A stretch of 64,000 nucleotides of DNA from a virus. Made by a program: the position numbers and the translations under genes. The notes below the pieces were generated by a model that had not been told where the DNA came from, did not search any database, and worked only from the letters and a program-made list of their open reading frames with translations. Where the stretch lies: positions 11,245-75,244 of the IMG/VR virus record IMGVR_UViG_3300020027_000006; one strand, given 5' to 3'. Of the stretch, positions 23,258 to 33,211 are shown one piece after another (positions within the stretch are counted from its first letter, which is position 1; every line of letters starts with the position of its first letter).

Positions 23258-23848
23258 TTAAGCCTCTCTCCAAGTCTTATTAGATTTAATTGAGTAAACT
23301 ATATCTAATGTAAGTTCGGAACAAGATATTTTTTCTAATATCTGCGGAGCAGTAAATTTATTTTTTAATAAGTGTTTAACTTGATATGCTATTTCTTTAT
23401 TGATTCTTTGATTAGGCTCATGTCCTTTTGGAAAAGGGTTGAAAGCTTTCATTCCTTTATAAAACCTACGCCCTTTACACTTATTGCCAGTTGCTTTGCG
23501 TTCTCGGTCTTTAGCCCTCATATCATCAGAATTGATTTTATGGTCACCTTCAAAAAGATGTTTAGGATTAACACAATTTCTAATATCACAAGTATGGCAT
23601 AAAAATAGTTTTTTGTCAATAAATAAATTATTAGCAATTATAAAAGAAACATGATGTACTCTTTTAGTTTTATCATTTATTGAAACTTGTCCGTATTCTT
23701 TTTCATTAGGGTTTACTTTGTTTTTCTTTGTCGCCCCAGTCCACAACCAACAGCCTTTAATGTTAGCATCTTTAATTACTTTATCAAAAAAATTATTTAA
23801 TTGTTTTTCCGTAATAAACTTCATTTGCGATTTTGAATGTTTCAACAT
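23258..23848 (-). CDS. HNH homing endonuclease
   Basis: GCWLWTG...YGQV...RVHHVSF...CHTCDIRNCVNPKHLFEGDHKIN. Confidence 0.9.
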   Translation of the reverse strand: MLKHSKSQMKFITEKQLNNFFDKVIKDANIKGCWLWTGATKKNKVNPNEKEYGQVSINDKTKRVHHVSFIIANNLFIDKKLFLCHTCDIRNCVNPKHLFEGDHKINSDDMRAKDRERKATGNKCKGRRFYKGMKAFNPFPKGHEPNQRINKEIAYQVKHLLKNKFTAPQILEKISCSELTLDIVYSIKSNKTWREA

Positions 23849-24665
23849 GTAAACTTACTGTATCTTTTTCATTATAACCTCCTGCCATAACAAATACAAT
23901 AGGGATATTCATTTGTTTCGTAAATTCAAATACAGAACGGTCACGTTTTTGTAGTTCTAATTTAGTTAAAATTCCACTTCCTAAGCTATCATGAATGTAT
24001 GCATCCATACCCGCTTGATAAATAATTAAATCAGGTTTAACATCAAGAATAGTTACAAAAGATTCAGCCAACGCTGCCTCGTAATCTATCCAACTTCTTA
24101 CTTTTCTACTCCAACTATGTATTGTTTCCTCGTCTGAAGAAAGTGCCAAACCAAAAATACTGAAATTATAAAGGTTATCAAGTTGTCTTGTAAAATCTCT
24201 TGTTCCATCACCAAAGTGAATGTCCACATCGAGTACAAAAACACGTTTATCAGGCAGTTCTTGTGCGACTAAAGCTAATCCGTTAAATGTGCAATAAGCC
24301 GACCCCCTGTCATAGGATGAATGATGAAAACCCGCAGCTATACAAGAACTAATTCCAGTGCTTAAAGCCTGTTCAGCAGCCGGAACCATAGATTCATTAA
24401 TGGCTAGAACCCCGTCTCTAATTTCTTTTGTCCAGTTCCATCCATTTGAACTTGCTAAATGTCCTTCTCCTTTAACAAAAGCTTCTACATATTTCGGACT
24501 ATGCAATTTGGTTAATTTATCAATTATATGTTCATCTGATTTTGATTCTATGATTTCAGATAGACCGATTTCTTGAACTTCTTTCGAGATTAAAGAAAGT
24601 TTTCGCATCGAAAGTGTGGGAGTATCTGCAAAAAATTTAGATTTATAGTATGTAGGTATCTTCAT
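23793..24665 (-). CDS. Histone deacetylase family (Zn-dependent) deacylase
   Basis: GFHHS, AYCTFN, LDVDIHFGDGT, YQAGMD, DSLG, GGY motifs. Confidence 0.92.
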   Translation of the reverse strand: MKIPTYYKSKFFADTPTLSMRKLSLISKEVQEIGLSEIIESKSDEHIIDKLTKLHSPKYVEAFVKGEGHLASSNGWNWTKEIRDGVLAINESMVPAAEQALSTGISSCIAAGFHHSSYDRGSAYCTFNGLALVAQELPDKRVFVLDVDIHFGDGTRDFTRQLDNLYNFSIFGLALSSDEETIHSWSRKVRSWIDYEAALAESFVTILDVKPDLIIYQAGMDAYIHDSLGSGILTKLELQKRDRSVFEFTKQMNIPIVFVMAGGYNEKDTVSLHVETFKIANEVYYGKTIK

Positions 24666-24870
24666 AATTTATTGTGTAGGCAAATTCCAATTTAAGTATA
24701 TCAAAGTTTTATTATTTTGTCAACAAATAAATTTAAGAGGTGTACTCCCTCCCAGTGAGCAGGGAAAAAAGCAAGCCCGTCATCCTCTCTGCTCCAGAGA
24801 AAAATTTAGAAGAGAAGTAAAAAGACCCTGCTTGTGCAAGGTCTCTTTCTTTTTCTAAGGTTTTAAGTGT

Positions 24871-25160
24871 AATAGTTACTAATTTCAATGAAAAACAATG
24901 AAATTAACTTTAAACTTTTAACAGTTTTGGGCTAACTAAAAAGCCCTCTACTTCGTTCGGAAAAACCTCTCCAAGTTTCTTTTTTAGAATATTCAATGCA
25001 GCGTTATAGTCAGCATTAACTGAATGAATGTAATACAAGCCATTGCTTTGTTGTGCTTACTTGCTAATCTGCAGAATTAGTTTTCAGTCAATTGGTTTAA
25101 GTTAACGCATAATGGTTTCCTCCCGACTTTAAGTCTTTACCAATCTCGAATACTTACCTT
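24871..25160 (-). mobile_element. tnpB: Internally deleted IS200/IS605/IS607-type element: TnpB C-terminus plus right end (omega-RNA region)
   Basis: Encodes HSVNADYNAALNILKKKLGEVFPNEVEGFLVSPKLLKV* (RuvC-III ADxNAAxNI) followed by a hairpin end. Confidence 0.75.
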
Positions 25161-26339
25161 CGACAATTAAAGTGTAGCAAACTAGAACTTGTTTGTCAAT
25201 ACAAAAAATATTTTATTTTTCAATTGCCGTGAAAAATTTATTGCCCTTACTTCGGACGGGTTCAACGGTCATTGAATCGAATCCCATTTCATCACCAAGA
25301 ATAGACCATGCATGGTTTGCGTTTTCTTGAGGAGATGAAGGAGATGTGCCACCTACGACCAAATAAGGAACAGACCTGCTTGCATCCAAAAGTTTCTGCA
25401 ATTGTTCATCAGTTAATTCAAATTCTTTTCTCATTGTCTTTCTCCAATCAATTTAATTTGTTCTAGGCTCCGTTTTGTCGGACATCAATCAATTTGTTTA
25501 TGGTTCAACACTAAATCTGAAATTGATTGACATTAATAGTCAAGCATAGGCTCCGGACTGTTGCCATATCCCGTAAACCCTGCATATTTATAATTTGTAT
25601 TTCATAACACTTATTTTTACCGTTCGCGGACTACCTTATATATGCCGCCTTTGCGTATAAATGCCCTATAACCTCTTTTTATCCAGTTTAGGAGTCCTTA
25701 CTTACACTTTCCGCATAATTCATTCCCCAAAGGATATAATTAGCTAATTCAAATCTAGTAACTTCATACTTAGATTCTACATTACCATTGAAAATCTTAT
25801 CCGCTTTTTGAAATGCTACTTCGGTTAAATCTTTGGCAGGTAACGCATCTAACTTACCTCTTAAGAAACCTCTCCAATAAGCCATTTCATAGATTCGGAC
25901 AAACGTATCCTCCAAGTAGGTTGGTCGTCTAGGTTGGTCGTCCTTTACCGCCCAATCAGCCACAGCATCTGAAATTATTGAATTCATTTCTATCTTATTC
26001 ATATTAAAATATTACCATAAAAAATTTAGTTTGTCAATAAGAGTTATCTACACTTAATTTTTCAAATGCTTGCCACCCTTTAATGACTATTAAAATGCTT
26101 GCCGATATAATAGCTGTATAGCCTAAAATTAATCGAATAACGTCCTCAACTACTACTAACTGGAAAACCTCGTCTAAGACGTTTGACATCGTAATAAAAG
26201 CCATTACAACTATAAAGGACAAGACCATTATAGCTATATCGAACTCCGCACCATTGAAATATTTTTTCATAAGTAACCTCAACTGCTACTATACCAAGTT
26301 TTTATAATTTTGTCAACATAAAAAAGTAGAAAATAAGTG

Positions 26340-26505
26340 TTGACAAGTTAGAATTTATATGATATACTATTTGTGGAGGGGTGCGGGAGAGATAAAAAAC
26401 TGTGAAGAAACAGGAGGAGGCACATATACCTGCTCGATGGGTGGAGTAAAGAGAGGAGAAGAGAAGCAGTAAAAAAGCAGCTAAATGTTTCCACTTAGCT
26501 GCAAC
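26340..26505 (+). ncRNA. Putative GGGTGCGGG small RNA unit 7
   Basis: TTGACA-17-TATACT, motif at 26375, terminator gcagctaa...ttagctgc. Confidence 0.5.
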
Positions 26506-26899
26506 TGTATTTTATCGTGTTGGTTTTATTTAATCGCTGACAAGTACGCCCTTCATTTTTTTTTGCTCCTTTTAGCTAAATGTATAACGTCTTACTACAA
26601 TGACTTCATCCTCTGAAACTTTTTGAACCTCGGTGCGGTGTTCGGTTCCTTCTTTATCTCGTCCGATTATCAGGGAAAATCTGTGTCCTATCGGCATCCG
26701 GCTCATTTCGTCGGCTCCGCGTTCGGTTAGTGCCTTGATTGCGTTCGGGGTGTTAAGCTGTATTCGGTTAAGTTGGGTTTTGTTGTTCATAGTGTTCTCC
26801 TCGACTAGATATATATTAGCAAAGAAGAACTGTTTTGTCAAGAGAATAATCCCGGATTCCGGGATTTATTTTTCGTAGCTTTTCGGAAAATTTGCCCAC

Positions 26900-27289
26900 T
26901 TAAATTTTAGTTAAATCAGCTGTCCAAGTATATTTTGATTTGTCAAGTGTTTGGTGAAAATCACCTGCGGCGTTTTTGTAAGTTGTTACTATCTCTTTTG
27001 TTGTCAAAGAAACTACTGCACAACAAAAATTTCCTGCGACTTTACCGCGTACCAGAACCCGAACTTCTCCTCCGTTATTGTTTGCCTCTATTACGGAGCA
27101 ATAGGTTAACATTGCCTTTATCTGTGTTTCGTCCACATGCTTTTGATTCATTCTATCCATTGCATGATTTCGGAAAGCATAATTTGACGAACGAACCTGA
27201 CTCATTAAATTCTGTATTTCAGGTTGTGACATTTGGGTATAGTGTTTTCGGTTTTCCATAATGATTCCCTCTACTAAATATATTAGCAA
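26900..27289 (-). CDS. DUF4258-like (RelE/BrnT-like fold) protein
   Basis: YAFRNHAMDRMNQKHV...RVLVRG...VVSL...IVTTY; true start probably MENRK (27259). Confidence 0.6.
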   Translation of the reverse strand: MLIYLVEGIIMENRKHYTQMSQPEIQNLMSQVRSSNYAFRNHAMDRMNQKHVDETQIKAMLTYCSVIEANNNGGEVRVLVRGKVAGNFCCAVVSLTTKEIVTTYKNAAGDFHQTLDKSKYTWTADLTKI

Positions 27290-27922
27290 ATAGATTCTGT
27301 TTTGTCAACACTTATTTTACAGAAAATAAAAATTAAAAGGTGTTGTCCGACGCACATTTATATTTTATCTATCTGCGGAAACTAAACCGCAAACCCTTAA
27401 AAAACTACACTATGAAAATGCTCCGGTCGTGCATCTTGCCTAACTATTGGCATATTCTTTATTTGATGAAAATCACCATCAAAGATTCGGATTTCAACAT
27501 TACCATTAACGGTAAGAAGTTTAACATCGTTCCACAGACCTGTTGTTAACGGGCTAACAATAGTGCAGTGTGAAAAGACTTGAACGGTCGGGTGTAATCG
27601 TGTAAAGAATTTTTCTGCAATACTAGCACGTTCGATTTTTGATGTTTTCCACAAATCCATTTTTTTTTTATCCTTCCTTAACCAACTTCCAACTATTAAA
27701 TTCTACCAAATAGATTCTGTATTGTCAACACTTATTTTTAATATTTTGCAGACGTTTGCGGAGCTTATAATAAGTTGCTTTGCTTATTTCTACACCATTG
27801 ATGAAAGCCACACCGTTAGACGTATAAGGATTATATTTTGACTCTCCGACCGTATAACCACCAGCCATTGGGATTTTGAAATATTTAATTGCGGAAAATT
27901 GATTTTTCATAATAACACTCTT

Positions 27923-28348
27923 TTAATTAATTTCTAGGGTTTGGAAAACATCTTTTATTTTAAGGATTTCTTTTTGAGCTTTTTCTTGTAAGAAAATAAC
28001 TTGTGTTTTACTTCTACTGATAATAACTTCATCAGTTCTATATTTGACTATTTTAACGTATCGTTTTTTGCACAGTTCAGAAAAAATTTGAGCGTCCTCA
28101 AAATCAAACCATTCCTTCAAAGACTCAAGAGAATCACAGCCAAAGCAATAATTTTCTATGTTTTTAATATCGAACGTATCAAAATCATGAGCATAAGTAG
28201 GTCTCTCATGCGGAAACCCATTATATTCCTTCATCCATTTTCCTATCAAGGCTGTAATGGCGACCGTTCTATTAGAATGATTATACACACCATTTGTTTC
28301 TCCGTCTCTGATTACTTCTAATCTATAAACTTCTTGCATAGTGACCAT
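27923..28348 (-). CDS. Conserved phage hypothetical protein
   Basis: VYRLE...GVY...P...FGCDSLESLKEWF. Confidence 0.6.
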   Translation of the reverse strand: MVTMQEVYRLEVIRDGETNGVYNHSNRTVAITALIGKWMKEYNGFPHERPTYAHDFDTFDIKNIENYCFGCDSLESLKEWFDFEDAQIFSELCKKRYVKIVKYRTDEVIISRSKTQVIFLQEKAQKEILKIKDVFQTLEIN

Positions 28349-29809
28349 CCTTACGAATTTAATTTTTTCTACTATATCGCGGTCTCAAAACCTAAACGCA
28401 CCCAAACAAAAAAATCAAACAGACTTACTTTTTTGTTTTCACCTATCATACGTTGTTGCTTATAAAGGATAACAGGCTTACTTTCGCCTCGTTGAATACG
28501 CACCACTTGATAAAACAATGTGCGATTATTTTTCTTTATGCTTGCGGACGTAGTAAAGCGAACACACTCAACAGCATCCTCAACAAATACTGTTTTGCTT
28601 TTTGTAACTTTGACGCCTTTATCGGTTGTGTTTGTTTCTGTGGTTTTCATTTCCAAATCGTGTTATCCGACAATTCCTGATTAGCATCTTCAAACGACAA
28701 ACCGAAAATGCTCATATAATCACAAATGATATTAGTGCATTTATTATCAAACTCCTCCGTTACTACTCCAACAAATTCTGTTTCATCCGTTTCTATTTCA
28801 TAGTTGCGGATAAAAGAAATAGCTGACATATTGACTATTTTGTTCCAGTCTGATTGTAATTCGGTTTTTGTCATTTCCTAACCTCTAACAATTCTAATAC
28901 TAGCAAATAAAAACTAAATTGTCAACATAAAAAGCAACCAGATACATTTCTGATTGCTTTTATTTTTAACCTTTTGCGGAGGCCTTAAAGTCTATCCATA
29001 AAATCATCTGTTAAACTTTCGATGAACGCCGCTTTTTCTTCTTCGTCAGGATAAGTAAAAAATTCCGCCCATTCCGTGGCATCCATATGAACCGATTCTC
29101 GGTCAGCAGTATTTGTAATTTTACAAATACCATAGTTAAAGAAAAGGTCACTCATTTGAACAGCGGAAACAAACATTCCTAAAACTTGGTTAGCCATATA
29201 GATTGTAAATTATCCTTTATCGTGAATTCGCTACCTTAGTAGCATAATAAAATATTAACACTTGCGGAACCTATTGTCAACAAAAAACATATCATTCCAG
29301 AATGAGAAGACCATTTCATGTATATCACGACCGAACAAACTGCATTCTATCCCACCGTCCACCAGACGAGCAGCGATTCGTTTCTTTTTTATTTATTTCT
29401 TTTCTTTTCTTTTCCCGCATTCTACTCTTTCTCCGCTCATTATCGGACGCAGACATAATTATGTAATTTAACAAGATTGTTAAATTGTTTCACGACTTTG
29501 TTTCATAGATAGCATTCTGTATTAAACCGATTTACACAGCAAATATCATGCCATTAAATTCTGGAAAAATATGAGTTTTTAAGCGTTTTTTGATTTACTA
29601 AGTGTTGCAAATAAAAGACTTATAGCATCAAAAATAAAGATGTACTAGGACAAGGGGTGACTTGTTTAACGCGACGAGAGCCCCGGAAATCAACACTGTA
29701 AATCCTTTATTTTCAACACTTTGCGGACATAGCAATTAGTATGCCAAAACAGCTGTTTAACACGTTGTTTCACATATTTATTTTACTACCTGCGGACTGA
29801 CACAGTTAT

Positions 29810-30130
29810 TCATTTATGAAACAGTTCATATAGTATTCTCTGTACTATCTATGAAACAACCTATTGTTACAACCTTATGCTATCTATGAAACAGTGCTAT
29901 ATGTATCAGGTTGTATCATATACGATACAGTGGCATCCTTACTATTACACACCATCTATGAAACAATGATACACATACCACGTTGTAGCATGTATAGCAC
30001 AGCCCATAACATACTATCTATGCAACATACCTTACTATAAAATAATGTATCACTAAATATTATAGTACAGTGCGGACAAAACAATAGGTAAACCATAAAC
30101 AAATAACATACTATCTATCAAAACCAAATG
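29810..30130. repeat. Dispersed direct repeats (CT)ATCTATGAAACA
   Basis: Copies near 29815, 29846, 29880, 29953, 30014, 30111. Confidence 0.7.
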
Positions 30131-30235
30131 ATAACTATATACATATAGTCATATAAAGTATTGACATATACCTATCTAAATGCTACTCTATCATAGAGGT
30201 TATATTGGTACTAACTTAAAAGGGGAATAAACACT

Positions 30236-30427
30236 ATGACACGCGACAGCTACACAATAGAGGACATCCAAAATGCCGAGGACGCAAGCAACGAATATAA
30301 ACGAGCAGCCGCTATTGCATCTATGGAGCAAGATGAGGAAGATGAAGCAGCATACTTAGTTGACACTAAGTTATTGGATTCATGGGAAAACTCATATATG
30401 GCATCAGGAATAAAAGATTGTGTATAA
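30236..30427 (+). CDS. Small acidic protein
   Basis: TTGACA-17-TACTCT promoter at 30161, AGGGG RBS. Confidence 0.55.
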   Translation: MTRDSYTIEDIQNAEDASNEYKRAAAIASMEQDEEDEAAYLVDTKLLDSWENSYMASGIKDCV

Positions 30428-30494
30428 GACTGTGCAAAAGATTGTACATAAATCGCATTCGCCTGATATACCAAATAACGGCACATTCTTGCTA

Positions 30495-30940
30495 CAATGA
30501 CATAAAATGTTATTTTATAGTAGTTTGCGGATAACAAAATATGTCACACACTACATATCCGCAGATAACTGACAAAAATTGATAACATACATTGTCAGTT
30601 ATCTGCCAAATATAAAACAAACGTATGAAAACTGACATATAGTGTCAGGGATATGTGACACAACTGTTTCATTACATAAAACAAACGAATGATACAGACA
30701 TAATTTGTCATAAGGAGGATACCAAATATACATTACTAACTAACAATAAATGTAACACTAACACATAGTGTCATATCATTAAGAGAGTAACATAACAAAA
30801 ACTGTCATAGTAACAGATATAGTAGTGACACATAGTGGTACAATGTCGTTTTCTGTCATTTACTCGAGGTACTGGTAGGTTGGCATGTTGAGGCACCCAT
30901 CTCCAGCCCTACTCAAAAAATCTCCAGCCCTACTCAAAAT
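30495..30940. repeat. Clustered TGACA...TGTCA inverted motifs and a 19-20 bp direct repeat
   Basis: actgacatatagtgtcag, gacataatttgtca, actgaca...tgtcagt; tctccagccctactcaaaa twice at 30900-30939. Confidence 0.7.
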
Positions 30941-31105
30941 CTTACCGTCCCATTCCCCTACTTTATCCTCTATTTAAATAGAGACTAATTTTATTTTTAG
31001 TTTTGTACTCGTCTTTTCTGTTTTTCCCTATTAAAATAGCCTTGTTGTACAAAAAAAATTTTTCTTGGTCATTTTTAATAGGGGGTCTGTTTTAGGTGTG
31101 TTTGT

Positions 31106-32223
31106 TTATTCTTTTAACCAATTGTGTAATGGTGTTATTAGTTTATTTAGTCTTTTTTCTTCTTTTATTACTTTTTGTTTATTTTCTCTCTCCACACGTA
31201 GTCTAATTTTTTGTCTTATTGTAAGAGCTGATTTATGTAACTTATCTAATGCACTCATATCACCATCTTGAAGAGTCTTTAAGTGCTCTTTTGAAAGAGG
31301 TCTAAGTGGTAAAGATTTAATTAATTTCTCTCGTTTCTTTTTATTTTTTATTTTTACCTCTTCTGGTATTGTGTTTGGCATTTGTTTTGGTTCCTTTTAT
31401 TTTGTCCGCGAGGCACTTAAATTTTTAACCATTTGAAAACTGGGCTTTCTTTACCTGATTCAGTTTTGATTTGATTATTTGTTTGATTGTGGTTTGAAGG
31501 TCTGTTATCTTCTTTTTGATTATTTCTAATTCTGGTTGGATTTTAGAAAAAGCATAATAATCATCTGGATGCATAACATAATCGTAAGCTAACCTGTCTC
31601 TGTCTTTAATAAGAATATTTAGTTTCTTTTCTAGAGTCTTTATTTTATAGTCATCCATTTTTGTATAGGTAAGCTGCATACAGTATTTAATTTATCTTGT
31701 ATCCTATCTTTTTCTTTTTGTATTTTTTTGTCCAACTCTATTGTTTTTAAGCTTATTCTTCTTACCTCATCATTGAATACTTCTAAGCCTATATGAGTTG
31801 TATTCATTTGTCTCCAATACTCATTCTTTAGTGCGTCGTATTCGTTCCAATTTAACTCCCTCTCTATGATTAAATCCTTTAATTTTTTAGATGTGGCATT
31901 CATTATTTCTTCTTTAACCATTTTTGTACACTGTTTGCTTCTTTTTGAGCTTCTTTTTGAGCTTCTTTTTGAGCTTCTTTTTCAAGCTTTTTAGTTAACT
32001 TTATCTGTGCTTTCTTAGTTATAAGTTTTGCTAAATATAGTTCAATATAATCCCTTGAATAAACCAGTTTTTCTATTTGTTTTTGTATAGACAGGGCATT
32101 TTTTACATCGTAGAGATTAAGGCTTACTCTGTAATTATTGTTTAGTGAGAATATTTTTGATATTATTGAGTTTAACTCGTCTGATACTTCTTCAATTTGT
32201 TTTTCTATATCTAGGTCACTCAT
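31106..32223 (-). other. Four coiled-coil small proteins carrying the same C-terminal tag
   Basis: 31106 TPLHNWLKE; 31640 LPIQKWMTIK; 31903 NSVQKWLKKK; 31425 has SPVFKWLKI in a shifted frame. Confidence 0.7.
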
Positions 32224-32428
32224 ATAATTTTACTCGTATAATTTTCGTATAATTTTATAGTGTCTGCGGAACACTATAATAGAACTCTTGTATTTATAAT
32301 CTTAACATAAAATCCGCAGATAGTCAACAAATATTTTATTTTTCTAATAAAATACATTTCTAATGCTTGACATATGCTGTAACTTTATATAAACTTTCCA
32401 GTTATGGAGATAAAATTATTAGTAAAAC

Positions 32429-33211
32429 ATGTCTAGTACAAAAACAATGAAACGCTCAAAAGAGCAACGTGAGTCTGATATGAATATACTGTCTAAAATG
32501 TATATTCGAAACAAATCTCAGATGGAGATAGGCCGTACACTTGGAATATCTCAAGGTCAGGTCTCCAATGACCTCAAAAAACTACTCAAACGTTGGGAAG
32601 ATACTCGCCTTAACGATATAGACCAATATAAAGCAGAGCAATTACAACGAATCAATCACATAGAAGGTGAAATGTGGACAGCTTGGGAGCTTAGTAAGAC
32701 CAAAGGTAAGATAACTATATCTAAATCAAAATCAGGAGAAATGGTCAAAATGCTTGACCCGTCGACCGGAAGAGAATTTAAGATGGACGATGACCGTTAC
32801 TGGAAAGCAGGTGAAATCGAAGAGCTTCCAACTGGCGGGGGTGATATGCAATACATGAACGGTATTATGTGGTGTGTACAAGAACGTTCTAAAATTATGG
32901 GACTTAATGCTCCTAAGAAAATTGCTGCTACTGACCCAACCGGTACAATAGAAGCAGGTCAATCTGCAAAAGAGATACTTGGGGATATAATAGGCGGAAT
33001 TTTAAAACGAGCTGAAAAATCTGATAAAGAATTAATAGGAAGTAAACTTATGGAAATCGGAGATAACAATGAGATTGATGTTAGCTCTGGCTCAGTTCTG
33101 GCTCAAAAAATAAGGGATGAAAAAATACGAAGACTTCCGCCTGCAAAAAACGCAGGTACATCTAGTACCGAAGAAAATAATTACATTGATGCGGAGATAA
33201 TAGATGAGTAA
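32429..33211 (+). CDS. terS: Terminase small subunit (HTH)
   Basis: SQMEIGRTLGISQGQVSNDL HTH, RSKIMGLNAP; overlaps terL start. Confidence 0.75.
   Translation: MSSTKTMKRSKEQRESDMNILSKMYIRNKSQMEIGRTLGISQGQVSNDLKKLLKRWEDTRLNDIDQYKAEQLQRINHIEGEMWTAWELSKTKGKITISKSKSGEMVKMLDPSTGREFKMDDDRYWKAGEIEELPTGGGDMQYMNGIMWCVQERSKIMGLNAPKKIAATDPTGTIEAGQSAKEILGDIIGGILKRAEKSDKELIGSKLMEIGDNNEIDVSSGSVLAQKIRDEKIRRLPPAKNAGTSSTEENNYIDAEIIDE

Noticed and set aside
6587-26505. Dispersed repeats as a CRISPR array
   Set aside because: Copies are kilobases apart, are promoter-shaped, lack regular spacers, and no cas genes are present
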